From contig DF237684.1 in the NCBI GenBank assembly GCA_000708835.1, forward strand, positions 1 to 39,970: 39,970 bases of DNA. The letters are read 5' to 3'. The notes beneath the pieces were generated by a model that was not told the origin of the DNA, ran no database searches, and saw only the letters and a program-made list of their open reading frames with translations. A program made the position numbers and the translations under genes. Of this stretch, positions 12,291 to 23,308 are shown in pieces (the first letter of the stretch is position 1; every line of letters begins with the position of its first letter). The stretch is from Klebsormidium nitens. Taxonomy: Eukaryota > Plantae > Klebsormidiophyceae.

Positions 12291-13078
12291 GGTTCCCCGG
12301 GAGCGAGTGACGAAGTGATGAGCAGTACTCGCGCCCTGAGACACGTGTTCCTTTGCGGCCACCTCAGAAGCCAACAAAAGGAGAGCCGGGCTTTTGGCGC
12401 TTCTTTCGCATATGTCGTTATTCAGTCTCATATGATGCGCGGCATGCGGGGCGCTGCATCGCCGCATGTCCAATGAATGCAATTTATTTCTGGTGTTTAC
12501 ATTGAGGACTCATGGCTGGCAGGTTCTCAGTATTCACATGTAGTGACGTCATGCCACGCAATCATATTCTCCGACCATATATTGACCCGTCACGCAGAGG
12601 GGCATCTCATGAGGCGGCGTGACCTTGATCTGCTGCAGTTCTTGAAAGGTAACCAGATACCGGTTCGCATAAACGGCTCAGTGCAGTTCATTCATGTAAT
12701 ACAAGCGTGGTCAAGGATCAACCTGTGGAAAATACTATCAGCCTAGCATGTCCCAGGTTGTAACTTGCATGCTATATGCGAATTGTAGCACTTCATTATG
12801 TAAGCTGAACTGAGCACATGCAATGCACATGCTTTCCTGCAAGGTGGAGGGCTATCACTCGCTACCTTTAGCTAGGAACACGCGGGCGCAGACTGACTAT
12901 CTTTGGCACAAGCTGCATTTCTTCGAAAAGGACTTGACTGTGCGTCATAGACCGAGATCTCTAATGACGGACAGACCGATCATTCTACTTGTGCAACCCA
13001 GGTAACGAGCTTGTCAATCCGTCATGTTCCAACATAAAACTTTCCCCATTTGTAATCAATTGGGCCCTGACAACCAGG

Positions 13079-13606
13079 CTAGAAGTACAATCTTGTCCTC
13101 TGCGTTATTGTTGCTCGACAGTGTGGACATTTGTTGAGAGATGGCGCACAGCCTGCACACGTCTACAAAGACAGGAAGAAGCATGGGTTCGGGAAATACT
13201 TTTGGTTGCGGAGGTGAGATGGATGGGTAGAACGTCTGACATGCACAGATCCAACGGACCACTCCAGTCAATCACAACTTCCTGGAGCATCGAATTGTGG
13301 AGTGAAGCACAGCCCACCAGATCTCGATAAGGGTAACAGTCTCTACTCTGTAATTCAAGTTGAGCTGATTTTCTCACTGCTTCCATAGGAGTTTGAACAG
13401 CACTCTCAGTGCGTTTGACGCCGGAGATTGTATGCGATGAGTGCCACTGAGCTCGCGCGGCGTTTGGGAACGAATGAGCCTTGAAAGCATTGCCCACAAT
13501 CGCAGCAACAGTCGTCTTAGATTGCAACTGTTCGTTTGAACATCCTTACCATATGCCCACACTGGAAGCTCATGTTGGCAACCTCAGAGAAGCAGATGCA
13601 GCAAGT
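13079..13606 (-). other. C-terminal RING-HC (C3HC4, RGLG/IAP/MGRN-type) zinc finger split over two exons
   Basis: Joining exons 13606-13550 and 13162-13079 gives C-x2-C-x10-C-x-H-x2-C-x2-C-x6-C-x2-C-R, followed by an RLYF* terminus like the RGLG-type RING tail. Confidence 0.9.
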
Positions 13607-16600
13607 CTGCAGAGAGCATCGTGAGAAGGCCGTAAGTCAACTAAGCTAAGCTACCCCTCAGCCGTTGTCAAATTTCGCTACAATGACCTCATGCTCTCTT
13701 TTGTTTGAAGAGTCCATATCGAACCAGAGTTGCCTCATCGACTCGTGCACCTAGCTGGCAAGGAAGCGTTCTGAATGACGAGTCAACGGCCCCTTCTCAC
13801 TGACTCTGGAAAAAATCGTCAGAATCTCATTCGAGGCTCCTTTCCGGGCATACTTGCTTACATAGCTCTTCTTGATCACTTCACAAGGGAGTTAAATTGG
13901 ACGAAATCAACGTGCAAAGTTTTCGCTTGGTGAGAATAAGATGCCAGACGAAGTGCGCCTTCAATCGGTACATGTGAGAGCGGTCTTTAAAAGCGATGGC
14001 AAGCAACTCACGTTCTCTATCCGGCCGTCGCTTGCAGTGCTCCTCCTTCGAAGGGGCCTGTTTCTGTCTCCCCCATCTTCGCTTAGCCCTGCTTCCATGC
14101 GGGGGCCACCACCGGGTCGATCGTCTAAGGGTTCCGACATCCTGAACGCTGGGTTCTGGTCGCGCCAATCCACACTGCCTGGCACTTCCGGCGCAGAAGG
14201 CAAGGTTTGTGCACTGTCTTGCGCTGACGTTTGCGTGGGGACTGCATCCTCGAAAGGCGAGCCACCTTCGGGACTGCGAATCAGACCGGCCGGTAGAGTC
14301 TGCTCCACGTGAGAGACCAGCTTGCGCCTGCAGAGGGCACGTGCGAATAGAACTCAGTCGGACGAGGAGCAGCATAGGAGATGTTGCATGCGAAGAGATG
14401 AGACGCTCCATTGCGTCACAGGAGGATAACCTTTACTGAAGCATCATCTCTTCCTCATGGACTGCCTCCCTCGAAGGACAGGCATAGCTATACACACTGA
14501 TGCTTATAAGCAGCTCGTCGTGGGTGCCACTCAAGTCTGTAAACGCTCTCATGTCGCCTGCTCTGCACTCGGCTCTACGGGCAAGTCTCACCGGTAGTCC
14601 TCCTCTAAGAGCTTGTGCAAGACGAATTCAAGCAGCTTCTGGTCCGTCAAGCCGAGTACTTCCGCTACTGTTGCAAGCCACGATGACACGGAGGGCTGGC
14701 TATCTCCCACAGCAAAATCGGCCGAGAAATCGGCCCTGAGCTTGTCAGCAATCGTTCCAGCTAGGATTGCCTTGTCGCGCTTCCGTAGGCACAGGCTCTG
14801 TGGGGAGAAAAGACTGCATCGCAAAATTTCTTATGAACATTCCAGGTGCCGTAGGCTTCACGGCCGGCACCTCCAATGCCGCACTTATGCCGTTTGACTG
14901 CCGCACACGTGCCGCATGGTGCCGCACCGTGCCCGTATTGCCGCAACAGCTGCCGCATGATGCGGGCATTGCATATGGTTGTCGGACGCTATCACGTCCG
15001 CGCCGTAGTTGGTGCCGGGCATGTTGTTGTGCGGCAGCCAATAGCCGTGCCGGCATGGTTGGCTGCCGTGACGGCTGGGAATGTGCCGCGTACAGTGCCG
15101 ATACCCTCTTGTGCCATAGCCGTGCCAGCATGGCCGGCTGCCGTGACGGTTGGGAACGTGCCGCGTACAGTGCCGGCACCGTCTCACAAGAGACCCCAGG
15201 TAGTAAAAAAGATGTGGAGCCAAAAAAAAATTCGAAGAAGCTTACCAGCGCGCACTTTACGATAGACAGGCCAATAGCGCTTCGCATCGTAAACTGTGCG
15301 CCAGCCGTACAAACCGAGAAAAGGAGCCTGCCGCATGTGAGANNNNNNNNNNNNNNNNNNNNNNNNNNNNNNNNNNNNNNNNNNNNNNNNNNNNNNNNNN
15401 NNNNNNNNNNNNNNNNNNNNNNNNNNNNNNNNNNNNNNNNNNNNNNNNNNNNNNNNNNNNNNNNNNNNNNNNNNNNNNNNNNNNNNNNNNNNNNNNNNNN
15501 NNNNNNNNNNNNNNNNNNNNNNNNNNNNNNNNNNNNNNNNNNNNNNNNNNNNNNNNNNNNNNNNNNNNNNNNNNNNNNNNNNNNNNNNNNNNNNNNNNNN
15601 NNNNNNNNNNNNNNNNNNNNNNNNNNNNNNNNNNNNNNNNNNNNNNNNNNNNNNNNNNNNNNNNNNNNNNNNNNNNNNNNNNNNNNNNNNNNNNNNNNNN
15701 NNNNNNNNNNNNNNNNNNNNNNNNNNNNNNNNNNNNNNNNNNNNNNNNNNNNNNNNNNNNNNNNNNNNNNNNNNNNNNNNNNNNNNNNNNNNNNNNNNNN
15801 NNNNNNNNNNNNNNNNNNNNNNNNNNNNNNNNNNNNNNNNNNNNNNNNNNNNNNNNNNNNNNNNNNNNCCCGCGTGTTGTGTCGCCAACCGGTCTTCTTT
15901 CAGTACAGTTCCGCGGTCGGTCCGGACGGTGCCGCACGGTCCATATACCTACGGTGTATGGTACATACCTACTTAGCCTACGGTATGTACCGTCCGGGCA
16001 ATCTGCTGGAAATTGAGCAATCCGCCGTCGATGATCGAATCGACGGTCGGAGTTAAAATGTCGGGCCTACCTAGATTCAAATTCAAAATTCGACGGTCAA
16101 CCACTCGGACTCACTCAGTGTACCTAGCCTAAACGCCTAGACTCGTCAGACTTAGATTCGACACATTGTAGCTGTAATTGGTCGCTAGCTAGGTAAGCCA
16201 TTGGGCGCCGCCTTGAAGAGCGCCATGGCGCAAGTCGTTTCAATCCACCTTTAGACTTTCGCGCAGTGCCACCCCGCAACGGCGTAGATTGCCCAGGTGC
16301 GTCGACAGAGGATTGGAGCACGTGCGGCGGGATTGCGGAAGGCCTGCGTGATGGATTAAGGAAGACAACAATCGAGGGTGAGACACAAGCCATACAAACC
16401 ATACTAGCTCGAACCAATTGATGCACTGATTGCTGTAATGAACTTTGTATGCAAAGCTGTGCAAGATTTGCCAAGCTGTGTAAGAGTTGCCATTTATCCT
16501 CTTTGTCAAGATTGCAACATCTGCTTATAGAAGTGTCTTTCACAAAGCAGAGTTGCAACTCGATTATAACTTGGGTTGTTGCAATTGATCACTTTGATTG

Positions 16601-19600
16601 CTTATATATTGACTGCCAATAATTGTACATTGCAGGACAACCATTGCCAATTGTAGACCTGCGTGAGGGATTAAGGAAGACAACAATCGAGGGTGAGACA
16701 CAAGCTATACAAGCCATACTAGCTCAGACCAATTGATGCACTGATCGCTGTAATGAACTTTGTATGCAAAGTTGTGCAAGATTTGCCAAGCTATGTAAGA
16801 GTTGCCATTTATCCTCTTTGTCAAATTTGCAACCTCTGCTTATAGAAGTGTCTTTCACAAAGCAGAGTTGCAACTCGATGATAACTTGGGTTGTTGCAAT
16901 TGATCACTTTGATTGCTTATATGTTGACTGCCAATGATTGTACATTGCAGGACAACCATTGCCAATTGTAGGCCTGCGTGATGGATTAAGGAAGACAACA
17001 ATCGACGGTGAGACACAAGCCATACAAGCCACACTAGCTCAGACTTGTCAAGCGTTGATGGTAGTATAGATGGATCTCAATAAGTTGATGTCTTGACCAA
17101 CCGGCGCGAGTGTTGGTGTTTTTCAACAAGGTTTGGCTGCTGGCGCATAAGTTACGCTAGCGAGGCATTAAGAAGGTTCCAGCGTAATGTGTGCGCAGGT
17201 AGTGTACTGGTCTAGGCTCCGAAGTATCATGAGGCTAGCTAGACTCAGTGGAAGCACCTAGGCTAGCTAGACTCAGTGAGCAGTAATCAGTGAGTTACCG
17301 AATTTTTCGCCGAAGTTGGACTCGAGAATCAAATTTGATGAGTCGACCGTCCGAGTACTGAAGTTGCGCACATTCTACGCTCACCACCCATTCAAGCATT
17401 CAAGGCTTTCAGCGTAAACTGTGCGCCGTGTGTAACGACGGTATTAAATGCCATGTCGTGCCGTGTCGACGCCGTACACGTAATGAGCAAACCGTACACA
17501 TGCCGTTGCGGCTACATGCCGGCCGAATTCATTGTACCGTGCTGATGCGTGCCTCGGACCCCACAATGCCGTACATGTGCCGGGTAGGTGTGCCGCGCTC
17601 GCCTTGTCGGCACTAGGACGGCTGCCTGGCGGCACCGACACCGCCGGACGGCACATTGCGGCACGTCGATGAGTGCCGGAGCGGCATACCATGACGGCAA
17701 GTGCCGCAACTGCCGCCGGCAGCTTGCGGCACCTGCGCGGCCCCCTCGAAATTTTGCGATGTGAACAAGGTCAAGAATAGGATGGCTGACTCCACTTTCA
17801 CTCCGTTAAACGAACGGGCCGTGGCCAAACAAGAGCCAAGAAGAGATCCTCTGAGATACACAGCTGCTTCAGTTCTGATGGCTTCATTGCACCTTCTGCT
17901 ATCGGATCCCTCTGGGATAGACTCTCAGCTTGAAGTGGCCCCCTTTGTGACGCAAAGGTTCTGAGGTGCCACTTGGAAACCTTCTGCAGCGTACCTCGAT
18001 CTCCTTGGCTCTTCTTGGTCCTTGGGACTCGTCGAAGGCCTTGGACAGCTTCTCGACTTCCTTGGTGTAAGGGAGCCCTTTCGACGACTCGAAATTCCAC
18101 AGATAGAGACCCAGCTCTTTTCGAAGAGCGTCGGCTAAGGGAAACTTCTTTCGATGCTTCCTATACTGCAAGCAGAGATGGCACGTCACGTGATAGCAGA
18201 TATAGGCTCCGGAACGATACATCTACGGCTCCTGATGGTCGTGTCTTCACACCAGCATAATAAGCTCAACATCGAAAGACCTCGCAGATGCAACGTCTCA
18301 TGCGCTTCAGCAGGGGACGTGCGAAGTACTTATCAGTGGTGGTCTACGGAGAGAGCTTCTCTAAGAGGTGGACAAGAAGAAGTGGCGTTGAGCCCATCTC
18401 ATCCTTATGTGCTGGCTGACAAAGGAGAGGAGTAGTGCAGTGACGTCTCGTGCCTTTTAGGCACTCCTCATGGTTGCTCTAAGATCTGGCGCGAGCTTAC
18501 ACTTGTGAGATACGAGTATGCTGTCAGCAGTCCAGAGATCATTGAAAGGGCAGCAGCGCCTCCACCACTCGCGATCGCCCACGTATATTTGAAGACCGAA
18601 GTCGCGGCTTGCTTTACACAGTCTTTGCTTGCAAGATTGGAACTTTGGCTGCAGTCCACTACGCTCCCGTTTGACCCTGCGCCGGTTGAGCCTGCAAGAG
18701 TTGCGTGCATTAATTGGGCACATTCTCCGAGTTTGCGCATATGCAGTTGATAAGTGGATCCAACCATTCCCTTCATTGCAGATGGGTATGGATTTGAAGC
18801 CACAAGCTAGCCGACCCAAAACAGAGTACAAACTGCGAAAAGCCTCTCTGTAGCATATGCCACCAGACTTGGACCCTTGCTCATCAGAACGAAACTGTGG
18901 ACAACAGTTGCAACACGACGCCTGCTTCGTGACAGGAGATTCACTTTAGCTGTCCCGAAGAAGCGGGCCTTTAAGGCAAAGAAGAGGACACGCAAGTCTG
19001 CATGGAAAGAAAAAGCAATCTAAGTTGCTTCGAGCTTCCGTTAGACTTCCCGGAAGGGAGACGAAGTACGAGTGCTTAGCAGTGAACAGTGCACTTTCAC
19101 GCACCTGTGTACGCGACTTGTGGGGGCGCTTGGACGGTGGTCACTTGGTGGGGCCCAAAGATCGACGGCAGGCTGAAGGTCGAGGCCTCGAGGGTGGCGC
19201 TAATATCCGAAACTGTAGCGGCTGACAGAGCCGAGCCCTGTCCGGGAAGTGGTACGGACACTGTTGTGACGATAACGCTCCCCTGCTCCACTCGTGAGAC
19301 CCGGACCTGAATAGGGGAGGCGATCGGCTCGGTGGCGCCCCTTGATGTCTCAGGAGATCAGTAGCATGGCCGGCCGGCTGAAGAAGCAATCTCCACTGTT
19401 GACCGTTCCAAAGTTTGGAACGAAACCTCGACTCTGAGTGCTCTTCAACGGTTGCGAAAGAGGACAAACTCGATTGTTCTCGAGAAGCAAAAGCTGTCGT
19501 TGACTCGGTCACTCTCCTAGTCTGCTGGCTGATAGAAGGACAGAAACGTGTTTCACACTCATGTTGCGTCCCGCTCGTGATGCAGTGAAGCTGGGCACGT

Positions 19601-22458
19601 ACCTGACCCGCTCTAAGCTGGAATGAGTCAGCCAGAGATGCGACGAGCTGCGCTTGCAGGGTGGTGTTGAAAGTGAGCAAGTTGAAGGCAGTGAGCCGGA
19701 GGACTACGGTGAGCGGATACACACAAGGGCACTCCATGTTGACGCCAAGAGTCTGGTCCGAGGGGCACGTGCAAGTGACTGCGAGAGGAAAGGAGGGCTG
19801 GCTGTTGCCGGACATTTCATTCCAAAGGAGCAATCGAAAGCTTCGCGCTCTCTGCACTCAAGGACGCTTGGCTCGACTTGCCTCCAGATATGACAGAGAC
19901 GTGTCTGGCAAATAATCTTCAACCGGTGCCTTGAGGGGTCCCCAGGCTCAAGACCCTGAGGGATTCTCGGGGAATCTCTTAGCTCCGAGTTTTAATGAGG
20001 TCTCTTGGCCATGTCAACCACAGAGGTACGCTCTTTATCCTTGAAGCAAGCTAGCTTTACAGGGAAGGATTTTCGCTGGCAACATAGTCAAGAGACACAC
20101 AAAAGCCCAATTTCGATTGTAAGAAAGGCAAGAGGTTTACCTGTATTGGGAGGCGCACTGGGCTTTGGTGGGCTGAGTGCAAGGGATGGGGAAGGAGATG
20201 GAGCAGGAGTCTCGACTGGGGGCTCTTCCACGGGTGGTGCCGATAATGGTGAGAGGTCCGTTGCATTTGGAGCGTAGGACGGGAGTGGGGAAGGTTGAGG
20301 CCGCACAGATCTAGATGGAGACGGTGAACTTATACGTGAAGAGGTGCTTGGTGAGAGGGAGAACGACGGTGAAGCTTCAAGGGAGGGACTAATTGCAAGA
20401 GAAGTGGAGGGCGAAGGGAGCGGCGAAGGCGACTGCGGACTGGTTTGCGAAGGACTTGGACTTCGTGGTGAAGACGCAGGAGAGGTTTGAGAAGGTGACG
20501 CAACAGGCGATGAGGACATGGATGGATCAGCTTGGAAAGTGGAAAGTGATGGACTTTGAGAGGGAGAGGGGGAAGTGGAGGGGCTAGGGGCCAAGCTTTG
20601 GGCCGGTGGTTGGGAACCTGAGGGCGATGGTGATGCGGATGTTGAAGGGGACGGCGAGAGGCTCTGCAAAGCTGAGGGGCTGAGAGAAGCAGACGGAGAC
20701 GAGGTCATCGATGGAGAGGGGCTCGTTAACGAAGAAGGGGAGGGAGATACTGAGACTGATGGCGATGGAGGTATCGACTGAGCTGGAGATCGGCTTGTCA
20801 TAGGAGAAGGTGAGGGGAAGGGAGTCGAGGAAGGAGATGCAGACCTTGACGGACTTGCCGAGAAAGAAGGCGAGGGCGAAAGGGAGGGGTAGGGGGAGGG
20901 GCTTATCGAAGGTGACGGAGATAAGGACATGGATGGAGAGGGATTGACGGATGAGGACGGAGATACGGAGATCGAAGGCGAAGGAGAGACTGATCGAGAG
21001 GAAGATGGGCTTGGGATCGAAGAAGGAGAAGGCGTCAGCGATGGGGACGGAGAGCTTGCTGGACTTGGTGAGGAGGAAGGAAAAGGCGAGCTCGAGGGAG
21101 AGGGCGACGGGGAAGAAGTTGTGACTGAGAGGGAGACGGAGATGCTGCGAAGAAGGAGAAACAGCCTCAGGTACAAGTACAGCTGTCAGAGAAGATGTTG
21201 GCTGACTTGTTGCTCCTGACAACGAGGTGTAAGGTGCCTTTTCTCAAGCACGAGATCAGAGTGGAAGCAGCTCTACTGGTTCGACGAGGCCACACCAGTG
21301 CCTAGGACCGATACTCGATCAAAGTTGGGTCAGAGTTCGAGAAGAAACGTAGCCACCAAAGCTACATGTCCTCTGAGAGCTGACGCCGTTGGTAATGGAG
21401 TGGGGGAACGAGCTGCTTGTTCAGCCATCGTCCCGGTGTTGGCAGGACCTTGACAGACATACTCACCAGCAAGTCTGAGGTAATAGTTGGTACCCAACGA
21501 GCGCATCAGCCCATGGGAAGGGGCTTGTTGCAAGGAGCAACACAAGTCCGGCCAATAGTTGGACGTCCAGAACGAGAAGCCAATACACGAGCTGAAAGAA
21601 AGGCACAGGTTAGCGCACGCGTCTGCAGAGGGCTGGTAATAACCGACTCTGTCTGATGTACACTCTTGAAGCCCGTCGAGTGCCATTTCGTAATTACCGA
21701 TATAGTCAGCATCCTTGTAGTTTTGGAAGCTGGTTACTCCCGGGAGGCCTGCGGAGAGATGAACTTTGCGCTTGAAGCTAAAGATGCTTCTGAGTCTCCC
21801 TGCCACGGAACTGCCGGGCGCGAAGGTAATATAGCTTTGACCTTGAGTCTGTGGCTACCGATCACAAAAGACAAATGATGTCCCCAAGGATCGCAATGTG
21901 CTGACACAGTAAGCTAAAGATCCTGTAAGCAAGAAACGATGTGCAGGTTGTGAAAGACCAGTTCAGCTCGACCTTAGGTGCAGCAGTCACTGGCACTGGC
22001 CAGGTTTCAGTCCTTCTCAATAGTGTTTCTACTATTCGCAAGCTTCCCTAGTTTGCAACTCTGGTAAGCTCACCGGATCTCCGAAGATATAGACTTGCAT
22101 CCGATCCTGTTGTGAAGCCACCGAAGGGCGCTTGCTTCAAGAAGCAGCAGTTAGGCAGGACTGAGTCTCCCGGCCACCACACGAACCCTATGCAAGTATC
22201 GAAATTGAAGCACACGGTCGCACAGCTATCCACAGATTGCTCGACATATCCGTCATCGCCTGGCCGACACCGGGTAGACTCATCCTTCCAAGGAACAGGA
22301 AGGTCCCGTGTGCCCGTAGCATCCGTTCCGTTGTAATAGATGAATCCAGGAGACACCTCTTGTGGCAGATTGCTAGTAGCAGGCTGGACGTTTGCAAGCA
22401 CCAGAACCAAGGCGAGCGCATAAAGCGTCCACCGAGGGACTTTAGTACGACTCTTCAT
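13079..22458 (-). CDS. Receptor-like single-pass membrane RING-HC E3 ubiquitin ligase (SP-PAN-PAN-Ser/Pro stalk-ALE2-like domain-TM-cytosolic-RING), 12 exons, ~1038 aa
   Basis: Exons 22458-22074, 21748-21467, 21124-20141, 19778-19603, 19306-19105, 18691-18501, 18165-17995, 14797-14592, 14327-14012, 13750-13688, 13606-13550 and 13162-13079. All introns are GT-AG and all phases are compatible; the total is 3117 nt with no internal stop. Signal peptide is MKSRTKVPRWTLYALALVLVLANVQPATS. An uncharged stretch WAIASGGGAAALSMISGLLTAYSYLTS is followed by YRKHRKK. The C-terminus is CCICFSEVANMSFQCGHMTCAGCAPSLNKCPHCRATITQRTRLYF*. Confidence 0.8.
15343..15868. other. Assembly gap (N run)
   Basis: Run of N inside the CMC-like element. 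Confidence 1.
16340..17045 (+). repeat. 315-bp tandem repeat, ~2.25 copies, inside the CMC-like element
   Basis: ag(g/a)cctgcgtga...gattaaggaagacaacaatcga starts at 16340, 16655 and 16970. Confidence 0.9.
19105..19778 (-). other. ALE2-like (extensin-like RLK) juxtamembrane ectodomain
   Basis: VTCTCPSDQ...CPCVYPLTVVLRL...LVASLADSFQLRAGQ|VRVSRV...VIVTTVSVP...SIFGPHQVTTV resembles the CxCVxPxxVxLxL...xQV...FGxxxV ectodomain of ALE2-type receptor kinases. Recognised by eye; no HMM was run. Confidence 0.6.
20141..21124 (-). repeat. Ser-Pro-rich extensin/pherophorin-like stalk exon (receptor-like RING gene)
   Basis: A 984-nt phase1-phase1 exon encodes imperfect (SP)n/SPSPS repeats (ORF 20088..21176). 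Confidence 0.9.
21467..22370 (-). other. Two PAN/Apple domains (exons 1-2 of the receptor-like RING gene)
   Basis: CATVCFNFDTCIGFVWWPGDSVLPNCCFLK and CANLCLSFSSCIGFSFWTSNYWPDLCCSLQ match the PAN/Apple CxxxCxxxxxCxxFxW...CxLK pattern. Confidence 0.8.
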
Positions 22459-23248
22459 GCCTCTACTTATAAGCAGCTGATCAGGACCGGGAGCTGAGCC
22501 ACCAAGGGCCCCTAGCTGCAACGGCCAGCTTTACTAACAGCAGGTTGTCAGGTGACGTGCCTTGATCCAATGGTTGGGTTGCCTAATCCGTGCCAGCTGC
22601 AAGCTGCAGCATCCCCATCATAAATACGAGTATGGATCCCCTGCATTGCCATGCAGTGCCTCCGGCAGTGCACGTGCCAGCTGAGGTTGCCGCTGAGGTT
22701 GCCGCATTTGCAACTCTGAGCGTATGTTGAGCTCCCTCCCCAACTTTGCTTGATCGTGAGTGCATTGTAGTTAGGTAAGCTGCAGGCTCGGGGAAGTAGG
22801 TAGAACCCAGATTGAATATTGTTGTCGATCACAGTCCTGATGTGAGCTGCTGCGCACTTCCTGGCAAAGGAGAAGCTACCTATGTCTAGTACGTATGCAG
22901 CTTACTTACTCAGCTGATCAGTTGTCATCCGCAACATCCCTGCAACAGTGCTTTCCAATCTTTTGCAAAAAGTGCAACATTTCTACCTTGAAGAGGATCG
23001 GCCAGCTTGGAACATTTGTGAACACAGAGACTCCTTCAAACCATTGGCTCAGCTTCCAAGCTAGGCCCTCAAAGACCAGTTCGCATGCGCGGCATCTAGG
23101 CTGGATCTCTCTCATGGTCAGAATTGTGTCAACAGGTGTACGTGTGTCAACAGGTGTACTGTGTGTCAGAAAGTGAGAGTAGCCAAAAGTGGCAGAATAG
23201 AGGAGACTGGCAACGCGCTCCACTTTAATGCCGACTTCACGCCTGCTT

Positions 23249-23308
23249 CTGGTCCGGCTGTGCGAGTCCCTTGACAGTCTGGTCCGGCTGTGCGAGTCCC
23301 TTGACAGT
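23249..23308 (+). repeat. Perfect 30-bp tandem duplication
   Basis: ctggtccggctgtgcgagtcccttgacagt occurs at 23249 and 23279. Confidence 0.9.

Larger units (their letters stand above)
14817..17761. mobile_element. Non-autonomous CMC/CACTA-like DNA transposon in intron 7 of the receptor-like RING gene
   Basis: A 14-bp perfect TIR CATCGCAAAATTTC (14817-14830; reverse complement at 17748-17761) is followed at equal spacing by CAGGTGCCG at both ends. A 2-bp TG duplication lies at 14815-16 and 17762-63. Dense subterminal TGCCG/CGGCA repeats occupy ~14840-15190 and ~17440-17740. The element contains an N-gap and no recognisable transposase. Confidence 0.8.

Noticed and set aside
4337-13606. Functional clustering of a proteasome subunit with an E3 ligase
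   Set aside because: Eukaryotic neighbours are rarely co-functional, and two degraded loci lie between them. There is no evidence beyond proximity.
14767-16056. Long ORFs (429 aa, 234 aa, 226 aa) in the ORF track
   Set aside because: They are artefacts of translating through N runs and GC-rich subterminal repeats. The same applies to the ORFs spanning 29353-29890.
21125-21150. Apparent frameshift at the start of the Ser-Pro exon if the gcag acceptor at ~21147 is used
   Set aside because: The downstream acceptor ctctcag (AG at 21126-21125) gives the correct phase with no lesion.
20393-21219. Plus-strand Gly/Glu-rich ORFs (also 27460-28329 and 28741-29037)
   Set aside because: They are antisense shadows of the Ser-Pro repeat exons.
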